Source: Carpediemonas membranifera BICM (lineage: Eukaryota > Protista > Fornicata). From it: DNA of 64,000 nt. The stretch covers positions 483,666 to 547,665 of the forward strand of contig JAHDYR010000062.1 in the NCBI GenBank assembly GCA_019828565.1, given 5' to 3'. The position numbers were made by a program, and so were the translations under genes. Shown here in pieces: positions 33,695 through 46,859 of the stretch; position 1 is the first letter of the stretch; every line of letters starts with the position of its first letter. The notes below the pieces were generated by a model. That model did no database searches, was not told the DNA's origin, and was given only the letters and a program-made list of their open reading frames with translations.

Positions 33695-36477
33695 ATAATC
33701 CAGTAGCGCTGGTTTAGGGGCTCCCTCTCTGGTGCCCTCCAGTAGATGCTGCACTCTCTCCCTAGCTTCCCACATAACCGTGCCCCGCCCCCATTCTCTG
33801 TTTCTGACTGGTATATCCTGGTCCCTGTAGTTGACTATCCTTTTGACTGCCAGCCATTCCATGTGTGCCTGGAGGTCCACCCATCCATTCATCAGCCTCA
33901 TGGCTGCGCCCCCTCCCGGTCCTGTTCCTGCCATGATTCCCTGCCAGTCATTCCAGATCCTTCTACCTCCCGGTGCGTTCCCCCACACCTCGACTCCGAA
34001 GAGGATCCTGGGCCATATATATTTCCAGTAGTAGCCTGCTTGCTAGTGCTGGCATGTTTGCCCTGGTCCACCCTGCCCATCTCACCAGTCTCTTGTACCT
34101 TTCGCTCTGCTCCTGTTTCCGCCTTATGCAGGCCGACATAGGGTCCTTCCCACTTGCGATCCATAATCCCAGGTATCTCGCCTCCTTCTCTGGCAGTAGT
34201 GTTACCCCCTCGATCCTGACTAGGGCTGTTCTGTCCACGCTAATCATTACATTCTTCTGGGCGTTCACCCTCATTTCATGCTCTCTGATTATGTCCACCA
34301 TTATGTTGGCGACCATCTGGCTATGCTCCGGTTTGCTCCCTGTGACCGCAGTGTCATCCACAAACATGGTAAGTGCTGCCGGTAGTCGGTCGCTGAGGTG
34401 GCTCGTGGTCCTTGGCGGTTCTCTGATGTCGTACCGTTCTCCCTTGATTTTCTTTCTGGCCAGGTGGGGCCAGTTAGCCATGAACAGCACAAACAGTGTC
34501 GGTGCCAGGACGCACCCTTGCTTAACTCCCCTGTTGGTTCTTTCCCATGCCTTTTGCCCCCTTGACTGATATCCAGGTTTCCTTTATTGTGCCTTGAATT
34601 GCCCTGATCAAGTGCTCCTCCACCCCCATACCCTGTAGCTTATCCATGAGAATGTCCCTTGGTACCGTGTCATATGCCTTCTCGATGTCCAGAAAGATTG
34701 ACGTGGTCTCACCCCCCTCCTGGTGCCGCTGCACAATGTACTGTATCTGCTGGATGACGTCCCTGTCTGACTGGAAACCAGCCTGTTCTCTTGGTATGAA
34801 CCTTTTCGTTGCTGCTTCCAGACGTATCTTGAGCAATCTACCATAGACCCTGTATAGCAGTGGTGTCAAAGATATTGGTCTATATGATTCCGGCTTGACC
34901 CTTGGCTTCCCTGTCTTGTGTATGGCCGACACTGTGGCATACTTCCATGCTTTGGGTACGTCACCCTCCCTGTAGACCCTATTAATGAGCCTCGTCACTT
35001 CCCTAAGGCCTTTCTCATCCAGCTCTCTCAGCATGTCTCCAGATGTGAGGTCAGGCCCTGGTGCGGTGTCCCTCTTGATCCTTTTGATTGCGGCTTTGAC
35101 CTCGCTTTCCTTGAACTCATTTCCGTCCCTGCCCCTCCATGTCTTCCAGGTGGGTTCCCTGCCTCTGCTGACTCTAGCATACTGTTGCAAGAGGATCTCG
35201 CTGATGGCCGCCTTGTCCGTGGTTATCACTCCGTCCTTGAGGAGGCTCTCCGGCATTCCCTTGTATTGGTTATCACACCACCACCTTCTGATGGCAGCTT
35301 CCACTGAGGCCCTTGAGGCCCTATACCCCCTTTTGCACTTCTGCTGAGGTCGGCCACCCATTTGGCCCTGCGCTCTCCCCAGTATTTCTCCAGCTCCTCT
35401 TTCATCCTTTCCTTCCTGGTCCTGTTGCCTATTTCTGTCCATGGGGTTCGCTGGAGTTCGCTCCACACTCCGTTCCCGAACACTTTGTCCCTTGCCTTTG
35501 CTCCCCTGTTGTTCACTGGGTCGCCCATGCATGCTCTTATAGTCTCTTCCCATTGGTCCGAGCTCTTGATCCTGTTCAGCTTTGAGACTGTGACTGGCCC
35601 CTCCTTCTTTTTCATGGGCCAGGTGTGCACCTCGGGTATGGCCAGAGCCACGTCTCGCTCACTTCTGCCATAGTACCGTTGTTCCTTCCATGCTAGTGTG
35701 ATTCCATTGTGTGCTGAGCCCCATACCCCGACCTTCTGAGACTCTACCACCTCAATCTCCGCCCCCTGGATTCCTGGTGTTGTCACTGCAAAGTCCGGGG
35801 TTGATGTTCCTGATGTGAGCGTCCCAGATTTGGGTATGATGGCTTTGAGCCTGTGCTTCTCCATCATATCCTTCCACCGGGTGGATCTTTCCATCTGGCC
35901 TGGGTCGATATTCCAGTCTCCCATAATTATGGCCTCCATGCTCCCTTTCATGTCCATGATCTTCTGTATAGTGTCCCTGAATCCATCCTTCTCCTGCTTG
36001 CTGTGGCCGGATGGAGGGCCATACACGTTGATGACTAGTATGTCCCTGCCGGTTCTCATTATGCTGGCTTGCACTCTTCCCGATAGGCTGTCCGATATGC
36101 CGATGTCCCACTTTGCAGTTGCGTGTGGGCTCACTATCGTGCCGATGCCTTCCCTTGTTCCCTTCCATCTTGGCGCAGGTTCGTCATTGCCTGCTATGCC
36201 TAGTTGTCGGTTGATGCGGTGCTGACTTTTGACATCCGCCTTTCGTTTTTCGTTGGCTAAGACCAGGTCCTCTTCCGTCTCCCTCCCTGCTAGTGCGTAG
36301 TCAAGGTCCATGAAGCAATGAACCCTCGTATTCGCCGTTCTCCATGTCTCTTGTATGAGTACTGCCTCTATGTCCTTCAACCTTAGCTGAATCGCCGTTG
36401 CCATAGACGCCGTGAAGTCCTTTTCCTCTTCCTATGTGTCCCTCTGTGTTCAGACTAAGTATCTTGTAGGTTACCAT
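33695..36477 (-). pseudogene. LINE C ORF2 (APE plus RT), frameshifted and 3'-truncated
   Basis: TAPGPD, YRPISLTP, QAGF, FLDIEKAYDTV, GVKQGCVLAPTLF, MFVDD, RYLGLW. Confidence 0.9.
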
Positions 36478-37733
36478 TGCCTTTGTCCTGGTTCCTTATC
36501 CTGCGAATTCCCAGAATTTGGGGAGCCCCAGCTTCCCGCTCCTCTCCTGCTATCCTTGTCCTGACAAGGGGCCTAGATGCCGGTCTCGGTGACCCTTGTC
36601 AGGCCAACCTTGTTACCTCCTGGTGACCTTCCATTCTTCGGGCAGGGTACTTAGGAGGGGGACGATATGACGTGACCCCCCCTTTGGCTGCCGCTACAGC
36701 CTACCGGCAGTGCATTTCAGCTAATGCCGGGCCCTGGGTGGGAGCCAGGGCTTGTGAATTATAAAGAAAATGTTGCTTGTTCCTTGAAAGAATACTGCTT
36801 TACCATGTCCTTACTCCTCCTCCGTGGACTCCCCACTGCCGCTGCAGCTGTCCTCGGCCTGACTCGCTTGCTGTCCTTGTAGACTCTGCATTACCATGAT
36901 GAACTGGGTCATCAGGTCCATGGGTGAGATCTGCTTGGCCTTCTTATCCTTCTTGTGCTTGTGCCGGGGGATCGTGGGCTTCTCCTTGCTGGGCTTAGTC
37001 GCGGCGCCGGAGAGCACCAACCTTCCGTGGCCTTGCTCTTGCATGAGTCGGGCAGCCTTGAGCGCTGAGATCTCTTGTTGCGCCTCTGCCAACTGCTTTC
37101 GGAGCCGCAGCTTCTCCGAGTCCATGCCGGTTGCCTGTCTGCTTCCAGACTCCCAGTCCGTGTCCTCTTCGTGCCTGCTTCTCTTTCCGCTGTCCGAGTC
37201 CATGATCCTACTCGTGCTGCCCTCCTTGCGCTTGAGCGTCGTGGAGGAAGAGTGATCCTTGCTGTTGTCCATGCCTCCCTCTGAGCCTCTACCGGCCCAG
37301 GTGTTCCCGCTGAACGAGCCTCTCATCTGCGTTCCCGTGTTGTCCTGTCTCTCCCTGTCGTCTCCTCCGTGGTTACGATCCGAGGTCCTGTTCATGTTAC
37401 CAGCTCTGTCGCCGGTTCTGTCGTCAGCTCTGACACCAGCTCTACCGCCGGCTCCGTGTCCTACCCTTCTGTCCTCTTCCCTGTCTCCATGCTGGTCGTG
37501 ATGTCCTTGATCCGCGTCCTGGCCGAAGTGCCTGCCCACCATCCTGGTGCTAATCCGCCTCGCCTTTTCCTCCAGGCCGTTGTCGAAGAACCTACTTTGG
37601 TATGGCTGTTCGGACTTTCCGTCGATGGTGGGGACATACGTGATGCCTGGGACATTGACTGTGTTGGCTCTGGGCTCGTCCGGGATAGCTGCCGAGACTA
37701 GTCTGGCCCCTTCCTTGCGCATACGGCTTAGGA
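33695..37733 (-). mobile_element. LINE C: copy of the LINE A family, 5'-truncated and 3'-interrupted, retaining APE and RT
   Basis: Near-identical to LINE A 9408-9447 plus 15490-18097, without Gypsy-2. 5' junction with the 298-bp repeat at 37733/37734. Confidence 0.92.
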
Positions 37734-38076
37734 CCTCGTCGGCACCGGCCAACAGAGCGAGCTGCCAGCGCGACCAGGCCGCCGGATTCATTTGCGGAGA
37801 TCATCTCTCTGACACCCGACCAGCCTTCAGCCCAGGAGCTGACGCACGTTTATGGCTCCCTGCAATGCGCAAGTCAGAAGTGTTACCAGCAACATCACCT
37901 TATCCATCCAATATCACATTTATCTAAAACCAGCCAGGCCCCAAGCATGCCGGCCTTCTTCTCAATCGCCACAAAGTTGGGCGCGTCATCCTTCGCCGTT
38001 GATAGAGAAGGGAAGGGTAGACCGCTGTCACCCTCGTCGGCACCGGCCAACAGAGCGAGCTGCCAGCGCGACCAGG
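37734..38076. repeat. About 1.15 units of the 298-bp satellite at the 3' end of Sin3 copy 2
   Basis: Same unit as the main array; one substitution at ~37926 removes the Sin3 stop codon. Confidence 0.95.
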
Positions 38077-41000
38077 GGCACGCATAGAGGTTCGTGGCGA
38101 GCTTCTGGACGTGGCTGATGAGGCGCCGTGCTGTCCATATGGGATAGGCGTGGGGCCCGCACACAGCCCGCCCGTGGTCCTCGAACTCGGCCTGCTCGAC
38201 GTGGTTCGAGCAGACCCGCTCGATCGACCGCTGGCACTCCTGCAGGATGTCGCTGCGGCTCACAGGCGTGCGCTCGATCTCTACGAAGGTCTGGGGGGCG
38301 CGCTTGTGGGCGATGATGTCGTCCCGGGTGGCCATGCGGATGCCGGCCTCGCCCTCCGGCACAGCGGGATCGGGGTCGACGGGGAGGCTGTCGCGGCAAC
38401 GCTGGACGAAGACCTCAGGCGCTAGGCCCTTGAACCTGTCGCGACTGTTGCTGGCCGCGGCATCCACGACGAGGTCGAACCGACTCGCCAGGGCCCACAC
38501 CATGCGGATCATGGCGTACAGCGGGGCAGAGACCACCATGGTGACGTCCTCGGCATCGGGGGCGAGCAGACGGTTGCCCACAGCGGCGCAGACGTACTGG
38601 CACGGCGCCTTGTTATTGCTCGAGGCCGTGGTGATGACGCAGTGCACCGCTGCCCGCACGGCGTCCGCGGAAGGGGTGTTGAGGGCAAGCGCGGGTAGGG
38701 TGCCGGGCGTGGAGTTCACCTGGAGCGCCTTGACGACGGCGTGGAGGTTGAACGCCTCTGTAGTGGCTACAGAGTGAGCGGTGGGTGCCTCGGCGTCACT
38801 GTGCGCCTTAGCCTCGGGCTCCTCCTCCCGCTCGTCTTCCTGCGACTCCTCCTCCTCGAGATGGGCCCGCTTCTCCGGTGCAGTCCGTCGTGCCCGCCGC
38901 CGTCTTGTCTTCAGTATCGTATCAGCGTCCTCGAGAGTAAACGCTACGTCGACATCGTCGCCCTTCGCCTGCGACCGGGTCAACCTGGTCACCACCATCG
39001 CCTTGTCAGGCTCCGACTCGTGGCCCACACTCACCCTTGTTCGGGGCCGAGGTTCTGGTGAGTTGGGGGCCGACTGGGCCTGCTCGGCAACTGTGAATAG
39101 GGCGCGGTAGACCCTGGTGGTCTTGGGGGCAGCGGCGGTGCGGGCGTCGTTGCCGTCGACCAGGCCAGAGGAGACGGTCTCCTGGTCGAGCCCGAGGAAC
39201 TGGCCGAGGTCATCCCGCAGGAGGCGTCTGACCTTGCGTGCGCCCTCGATGGAGATGGTGAATCCCGAGGCGGCGACCTCCTCCTCCGTAGGCATGGACC
39301 GCAGAGTCGAGGCGACAGAGAGGTCGGGCCACCGCAGGGACACGGGCCGCGTGGGGGCCAGGTCGTCTAGGTGCGTGCAGATGTCGAACGTGCTCCACTC
39401 GTCGAGCTCCTTGCCCTGGACGGACATGAGGTGGGTCACGTAGTTCGACTGTGCGAGCCAGTCGTGCCGCACCTCCTTATCCGAGTCCGCCGCGGTGTGC
39501 TCCGTGCGGAACAGGAGGTCGAGCAGCAGCGTGCGGGCGTTGAGTGTGCGGCGGTCCCTGTATCTGAACCTGTTGCCCTCGAGATCGCAGGACCGGGGCC
39601 AGGCGATGGCCGCCCTCCTGTACCACGACCCCATGAGGTCGTCCACCTGCGACCGCATCACCTCGAGCTTGGCCTCGAGTCTGCTGACGAGCACGGGCAC
39701 GACCTTGTCTGGTCGGGTCCGGATGAGCTCCATCAGCTCGGGGGCGCTGGGGCCGTAGATGAAGGAGAGGTGGTGGATGTCGACGTCGCCGAGGATACCG
39801 GGCGTCGTGGGCCGGACGCGCTGGTACGCTTTGAGTTTGTCGAGGACGATCTCAGTCCGCTTGATGTGGATGTCGTGCACGAGGCGCTCGTCCTCGAGCA
39901 AGGCGAGGTCGTCGCAGGCGGCGTTGGTGACGCAGACGTTGGAGGCAGAGTGGCGCGAGGCAGCCTCCTCGTCGAACTCAGCGGCGGCCTTGGCCTTCTT
40001 GTCGGTCTTATCGAGCTCGTCGAAGGCGTAGTACGGGATGGTGCGGTACGTTGTGTTGAGCACAGACTCCCCGACGCTGTCCATGCCGGTGGACACGGGG
40101 GCCCGCTCGCTGTCGGGCTGCTTGACGTAGGACCGGTCGTGCCGCTGCCACGTGCGGAGGCGGTCGATGACCGTCTGGCGGTGGGGCTTCTTCGCCTTGT
40201 ACACGCCGCTGCGGGTGACCATGTCGTGTGGGATGAGGCGGAGCAGCGTGGCGAAGGGATCGGGCTCCACCGGCCGGGGAGACTGTCAGCTCCCGGATAC
40301 GGGCGTCGAAGGGGGCGAGGTGCCGGCCAGTGTCGTTCGACAACCGCAGCAGGGCGTCCACGGAGGCGCCGTAGAGCCCGATGGGGTGGTAGAGGGCGTA
40401 ATCTGCAGTGTCAGCCTCCTCCTGCCCCTCTGCATCGGGGGCTTGGGACCGGGCGTCGAGGTACTGCTGCAGCTTGATGGCGAGGGAGCCCCTAGCCTTG
40501 AGGGCGGTGCTGCGGCCGACCATGAGGCGGGGATCGACCAGGTCGGTGTTGGTGAAGAGGATCGAGAGCTCGTCAAACATGGTGGTGGGAGTCATGTCGT
40601 ACTGCTCGAGCACGTTGGTCGCCGTGAAGGGCTGGAAGAGCGCCATGAAGGCCGGCTTGTGCTCGTCGAAGAACTCCATGTGGGTCTGAAGCGTCTTGGC
40701 CTGGAGCAGGCCGTTGCAGATGACCTCCGCGAAGCAGGCAGCCCAACCCTCCTTGTGGACTGAGACGATCGTGCCGGACTCGTCAAAGACATACAGAGGC
40801 CCCAGCTGGGTCATGACGTCGTCGCTGACGTTCTCCTTGGAGTACTGCAGGAAGGCGTCGGCCATGGCGTCCTCGATCACAGTGTACAGGGCATAGGAGA
40901 ACCAGTCTGAGTGCGGCATCCGCTCGCGGGCGGGGACCGGCGAGGGCGGGTTGTCCACAACTGTCTTGGCCGCGAGTTGGCGGCGTCGGGAAGACCTGGA

Positions 41001-42001
41001 TGCGGCGGCCCGGGCGGCGTTGATCTCCTCGTCGAGGTCCTCGGACCCAGACTCGGCGTAGTACACGTACTGCTTGCGGCGCTTCCTGCCCTTGGCGGCC
41101 TGCTTGGCGACCTGCTCCTGGGCCTCATCCCCAGTGGCGGGCCAGTTGTACGTGTCGATCGTGTACTGCTTCCAGTCCTCGGGCAGGAAGACCAGGAAGC
41201 CGTGGCGGAGGTCGGGGTGGCCTCTGAAGAGCGTGTCGATCGTCTGCACCACGCCCAGCGTCCTGATCTGCTGCTGACGGTACTGCTTGAGGACGTCCAG
41301 GAATGCGTTGTACAGCTTCTGCTCCTTGAGCATATCTCCCTCGGTCATCGTAGGAGCAAACAGCTTCTTACGGACCTGCATGATGTAGTCCTTGGCCACT
41401 CTCAGCATGTTGTTCCTGCTCTCAGCCGTGGCGAAGTCCGAGTTGGGTTCGTCAGGTATGGGCCGGGGTTGTTGGACGGGGGCGGCGAGGGCGGCCTCAA
41501 CCACGGCGGCGCGAGCTGGGTCGGGTTTGTGGCCCTTGGCGGGAGCCATGACGGCGTCAGAGATGTGACGCTTCTTCATCTTGGCCTTGACGTGCTCGGA
41601 ATAGTTCCCTTGGTCGTCGAAGCGGTACTTCTCGGGCAGGAAGGCGTTGAACTTCGTCAGGATTGAGGGGTCCGCCCCGACCAACTGCCGGAACTTCATC
41701 ACCACCTCTAGTGTCGATAGCACCTTGCGGCGGTAATCCTGCATGGACTTGACGAACTCCGCGTACACCTCTGAATCATGCCGGTACTTCTCCTGGATGA
41801 ATCCCAGGAACTGCCGGGCCTCCATGAGCGGGTTCACGGGGCGGTCTGTGTTGGCGGGCTGGGCGGAGATGGGCTCGGCCTTGGGGGCGACGAGCGCAGT
41901 GGCACGAGGGACCACGCTGTTGGCATTGGCACTGGCAACTGCGGCCGCGCCTGCGGACTGGGGCTTCGGCTGGGGGGCTGGGAGTACGTGCTGCGGCTGC
42001 T
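37895..42001 (-). pseudogene. Sin3-like gene copy 2, 5'-truncated and fused to an RCC1-like gene fragment
   Basis: Inverted, near-identical copy of 59890-64000; extra G at ~40276-40279. Confidence 0.9.
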
Positions 42002-43160
42002 CCCCAGCCCCACAGACCCTTGGGCGTCCTGGCGATGTGGGTAATATTGCTGCTGTAGACCTCGAGGGCTCTGGGAATCCTGGCCCTGGTGAAGGCGAAA
42101 ATGGACTCGCTCTCGTCATCGCTGATAAAGATATTGCCAGTGATAATTTCAGGGCCATGTCCTGCATAGTCGATGATGTCGAGCATGAAGAGTCGGCCCA
42201 TGTACATGCGGTGATAATAGCATTCTGATTGATTTTCCATGAGAAGAAGAACTTGCGGCAGAGGAACCAGAGGCACTTGGCCTCGGCGGTGAAGATCTCT
42301 CTGTCGATCTCTCTGTTAAGCCTGTGCTTGAGGTCAGGGTTGGCCCCGCCACCCAGCAGACACGCCCACACCGCGCCCTGGTTGAGCGTGTGCAGGGCGA
42401 CCGGGAGCTCCTGTCCCGGTGCGAGTTCGACGTTCATGGACAGCGGGGGGCCGTGCGAGAGAAACGTGACTATCCTGTTGACAAAGCTGATGGCGATGGT
42501 GGAGGTCGAGGGCCAAGAGCGTTCTAACGGTCTCCTCGGAAGTGGCCTGCCTGGCATCGCTGTCTTTGTCCGGGAACTCCTCGCCGAACTCGCGGGTGAA
42601 GGCCTCTCGCATGAGAGTGGGAATGTCACCAGGCAAATCATCGTAGTCGCTCGAGACAAGGGAATTCAAGCTAATCATTGCACCAAGCTGGACGTCTCTG
42701 TGGCTCTTGGGCGCTAAAGAGCGCATGGCGGCGAGGCGAGCGCGAGAAGCGTCCATCCATGCGAGGCGGGCATCTATCTCCTCGTCGGTAAGCACCATGC
42801 CGTTCAGCTTAGCAATCTCAGTATCGACATTGTTAATGCAGGCGTCCAGCCGCTGAAAGGCGTCCTGAACAGCCATCGTCTTCGAGAATGACTCGACTGA
42901 CTTGGACCTCTGTGTCAACGCCTCAGCAGGCGCGGGTGACCGCTCCTACTAATATCCCCCCTCCCGCTGACACCGCGGTCGCCCCAGACCGTGGACCCGA
43001 GTCAGTGGTTGATGTATCGTCTCCTCCTCCCGGTGACACAGTGGTGTCGCTCTGGCTGTGGACTTGAGTCAGTGTCTGACGTGTCGGCGTACGTGCTTCG
43101 ATCGATTCAGATTCGGCCGAGATTGTGGTGGATGTCTCTAGGCACCCAACAAGTTCAATC
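42002..43160 (-). pseudogene. Inverted duplicate of the upstream region and 5' half of the RCC1-like gene
   Basis: Near-identical to ~49022-50161, with the same frame breaks. Confidence 0.9.
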
Positions 43161-43343
43161 AAAGTCGACCAGAATATGGGTCTAGAGTCGGTTCAGATAC
43201 CGTCACAGCCCGAGTGCCAGTAACTTTATCGACCAAGAACGCCATTAAATCGCACATCGCCAAAAAAAACAAGTTCAAAATTCAACAAGAACCGGCTAAA
43301 ACAGTAAGTCAAAGCCACCAACTCCGCTCACTCCTGGGCCCTC

Positions 43344-43840
43344 TTAAAATCCTCCATGCAGAACTTGAACTTGCGCTTCACGGGCAGCCTTGGCACTGCG
43401 CTCTCCTGCCCTGGCCGTCCCAGTCATCTCACCCCTGGGGAGCTTACTGGGCGGCGTGGGTGCCGGTGCCTCAGTCATATACGCGCTATTAAGACACTGC
43501 TCGGCCGTCCATCTCTTATCCGGGTCCCAGGTCAGCAGGCCGTGCAGCATGTCGAGGACACTGTTGGGAGCTGCGGGGAACATGGATCTGAACGTCTGGG
43601 ACTGGACAGAGGTCGGTTCTAGGAAGGCTGGGTATGTTTCCCGGGCCTTAGCTTTGAACTCGTCATCCATTGGCGGAAGGATGGAGGCCATGACCTCGAG
43701 GAGGTCATGCTCCGTCTCTGCGAGGAAGAGGTACTCGCGACGGAGCAGGTGGGCGAATATAGCCACCACTGACCACATGTCAGTGGCCGAGCCGTAGTGG
43801 GTGCATCCCCACATGTTCTCGGGTGGGCGGAAGTTGAAGA
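43344..43840 (-). pseudogene. C-terminal fragment of a CDK (CMGC) protein kinase
   Basis: RPPENMWGCTHYGSATDMWS...DMLHGLLTWDPDKRWTAEQCL (subdomains VIII-XI). No N-lobe, HRD or DFG seen upstream. Confidence 0.7.
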
Positions 43841-44243
43841 AGGTGCGGCAATCATCGGCGTCATCAGAATGTGCTTGCCGGCAAATGAGCGGGAAAGACG
43901 AATTTTCCCTTCATGCTAGAGTACTTTGGACTTACCAGCGACTCCTCTGCCTCGCCCTACTGGGAAATCCCGGTCACCTGTGCGATGAGCAGCGGCTACA
44001 CGGCTACAGACAACCCCCTAAAGATTACATGCGGCCAGTCCGGCGAACATCGGTTCACAGTCTACAAGAACGGCGACGACACCACCGCGGATAGCTGGTA
44101 CATCGACATTCCCGACATGCAGACAAAGTATGACTGGATGGCGGCAGACTCGGCGCTCACGGGCCTGGTTGTGCCCACTGAGTCGAGCAAACGGACGCTG
44201 AACATCTGGATCATAGACAGTCAGGACTGTGATGCGGACGAGC

Positions 44244-45770
44244 TCACCGGCGCGGTAAAGCCGCGATAAAGCTGCGGAAGATGATCCAGAAGACCAAGAC
44301 AACGGTCAGCGCCAGCTGGGTCACAATCAGCAGGATCAGCGAGATCGCGGCGATATAAATCATATTCAGGATAGAGTCGTGATCGAGTCTCTGGATCAGA
44401 GAGATGATCTCCGCAAATGAATCGAAGTTCTCGCTGACGACAGCCTGAGCATGGGCGTACAGGGTCGTCTGGTCGCCCGAAGTAAGGTCGGCTGGGCTGA
44501 CGCTCATCGTGTTGGCGATGACATCGAGCTGATTGGTGATCCCAGCGGCGATACCCCAAGTCTTCCGGGCGACGCGGGCGGGGATGACGGGGACCTCGTC
44601 GGGCTCGTAGAAGTAGTAGTACTCGTTGCCGCCGTGTTCCATGTCGATCAGGAAGTCGTGGTGGCCCTTGATGACAGTGGCTGCGGCGGAGATGGACGTC
44701 GCGAGGGGGTCGTCGAGGTCGAGTGCGTCGAGGCGCGTGTCATTGAGGTACAGGAGGGACGAGAAGAAAGAGCCCTCCCCCACGGCGAAGCTGACGTTGT
44801 GGAGGTCCTTGGTGGCGCTCATGTCAGAGCGGAAGACCTCGGACAGGATGCAGAGGAAGGTGCAGATTATGGCAATCATCAAGACATTGATGACGGCAGC
44901 ACCGATCAGCAGGCGGAAGAAGGGCGACGAAGTGTTCTGCTTCATACCGCCAGTGGCAGACGTACCAGTGGACGAGGCGCTGAAGCTCGACCCAGAGCCA
45001 TCGGAGGAGACGCTCTTGTCATCATCGACAGTCTTCAGTGCGGAGCTGCTGGGCGCGGGCGTGGTCCTGCATGACGGAGTCGAGGAACAGGATGTACCAC
45101 TCCCGGACGGCGGGGTTGTCCGGGTAGCGGCGGAAGAGGCGCGTGTAGAGCTGGTTGGCCTTGTTCGTCGAGATGCCGATGGTCCTGGCGTGCTTGATGA
45201 TGAGCGGCAGGTCGGGGCGACGGCGAAGGAGCAGGGGCCAGAACTTGCTGACCTGGACGAGGGTGCGGAGGTGGTGGGACCTGGCCTGGGACAGCTTGCT
45301 CTGGACCTCGAGGAAGGACGCCGCGTTGTCCCTGCCGCCGAGGATGTAGATGTGCTCCATCTGCTCGATGTAGCGCGCATCGCGAACTCGTACATGCTGT
45401 GGTCGATCCTGCCGCGGGAGAGACACTCCTCGGAGATGCTCTGCAGCACATCAGGGGCGGTGTTGATCGGCGATGCACTCATCGTGGCGATGGTCAGCAG
45501 CGTAAGGCGGAGGGCGCGGTGATGTCGGGCGAGTAGGCGACGCACGTGCGACGCAGGATCATGTTGGCACGCCGTAGAGGTTGCTCTCGATGTCGCGGGT
45601 GATGCCGCCGAGCCCAAAGAGCTTGCGCTCGTGGTGCACGAGTGGCCGGACGCCGAGCTCGAGGTTGTTGACGGAGATGAGCGAGGTCGGCGATCTTGAG
45701 GTTCTTCAGAGCCGTGTTGCCCTCGAGGCGGGCCATCTCGGCCCGGTGGTCGTCGATATCATCGAATGAG
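44244..45770 (-). pseudogene. Fragmented TmcB/TmcC-like multi-pass membrane protein gene
   Basis: SKFWPLLL...ANQLYTRLFRRYPDNPAVREWYILFLDSV helical motif, DDDKSVSSDGSGSS linker and two hydrophobic TM segments, spread over several frames. Confidence 0.55.
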
Positions 45771-45789
45771 AAGAGCAGGGGCTCGACGT

Positions 45790-46568
45790 TTGGGATGCTC
45801 TTGTAATGATGCTCTTGTAATGATGCTGTGACCGCTCCAGGAAGTTGTCGGGTGACACGAGAACGGTAACGTGCGGAATCTCGACCTCACCACCGAACTG
45901 CGTCTCCAGAGCCAGAGAGATGGCCTCGCAGTACGTTGACTTTGCCCTGACATAGTACAGGACAAGGGTTGGCCTGCCACTCGATCTGCCATGAGAAATG
46001 GGCGGGGCGTTAAGGAGAATGTTCTCGAGGAAGACTAGAGAAGAGTATGACTTGCCTGAGCCCTGGACGCCCGTGAGTACGGCGGTGAAAGGCTGGCCTG
46101 AAAGGCGAGCCAGATCTCGTCGCCCTGGACGCCGAAGCACTCAGACTCGGGCTGGTCGGGACGTTCATTCACTAGAAGGCGCTGCTTGGAAGTATATGTC
46201 TTGGATGCAACGAATGATCTGATGTCTTCGTCGAGGGAAGTCAGCGTGTTAAACGCAGGAGCAGAGCCATTGGCATTGGAAGTGAGTGAAAGCTGCTGCA
46301 TGAGACTCATGGACTTCTCCTCGAGTGGGTTGTATGGCTCTGCTATGATGGGCGTCTGGAATGACGTGGCGTCCCGGATCTGAGGCCCGTGGCGACCTTG
46401 TTGCCTCGCAGGTGCAGAGAACTGGCGACCATCGTGCTTGCTCTTCAGTTGCTTGCTTCTGTCTTGTCTCTGCTTCGGAGCAGGCGTTGAGGGGTTGTTC
46501 ATGGCCTTTTGAACCATCTGCTTGAGTTCACGGAGCTCGCTCTGCGTTTCGCTGCTCATTGACTTCAT
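45790..46568 (-). pseudogene. Truncated P-loop NTPase gene
   Basis: Walker A in FTAVLTGVQGSGKS and VTVLVSPDNF. Frameshifted, and ends at a 14-bp tandem duplication (GATGCTCTTGTAAT, ~45794-45827). Confidence 0.6.
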
Positions 46569-46859
46569 TTTTCTGCGGCCTTTTGACGGCTAGCGGCTTT
46601 CTTCTTTGCCTCGGCTTTTGCTGCCATGCCTGATTTGCCCATTTTGCCTTCGTTCCTCGTCAGGTTGGTGCATTACGAGTATACATGGCTGACGATACAA
46701 CTCTCGTTGTTTCGATTATGTATGCTCAACTGGCCTAGTAGGCGTGGACAGAGTCGTAAAGCTCTTCTCAGACTTGCAGTATTTGTCCGCACCAAATGTG
46801 AGAAGTCATCCATGCGAATCATGACCTCGTTTTTCAGGTCGATCCAGTACCCGCTGCGT

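Noticed and set aside
39371-41666. Long plus-strand ORFs opposite Sin3 copy 2, and 61128-62519 opposite copy 1
   Set aside because: Antisense shadows of a GC3-rich coding sequence.
43913-44269. 118-aa ORF as a complete gene
   Set aside because: It looks like a fragment of a larger beta-rich protein lying between other fragments, and no family is recognisable.
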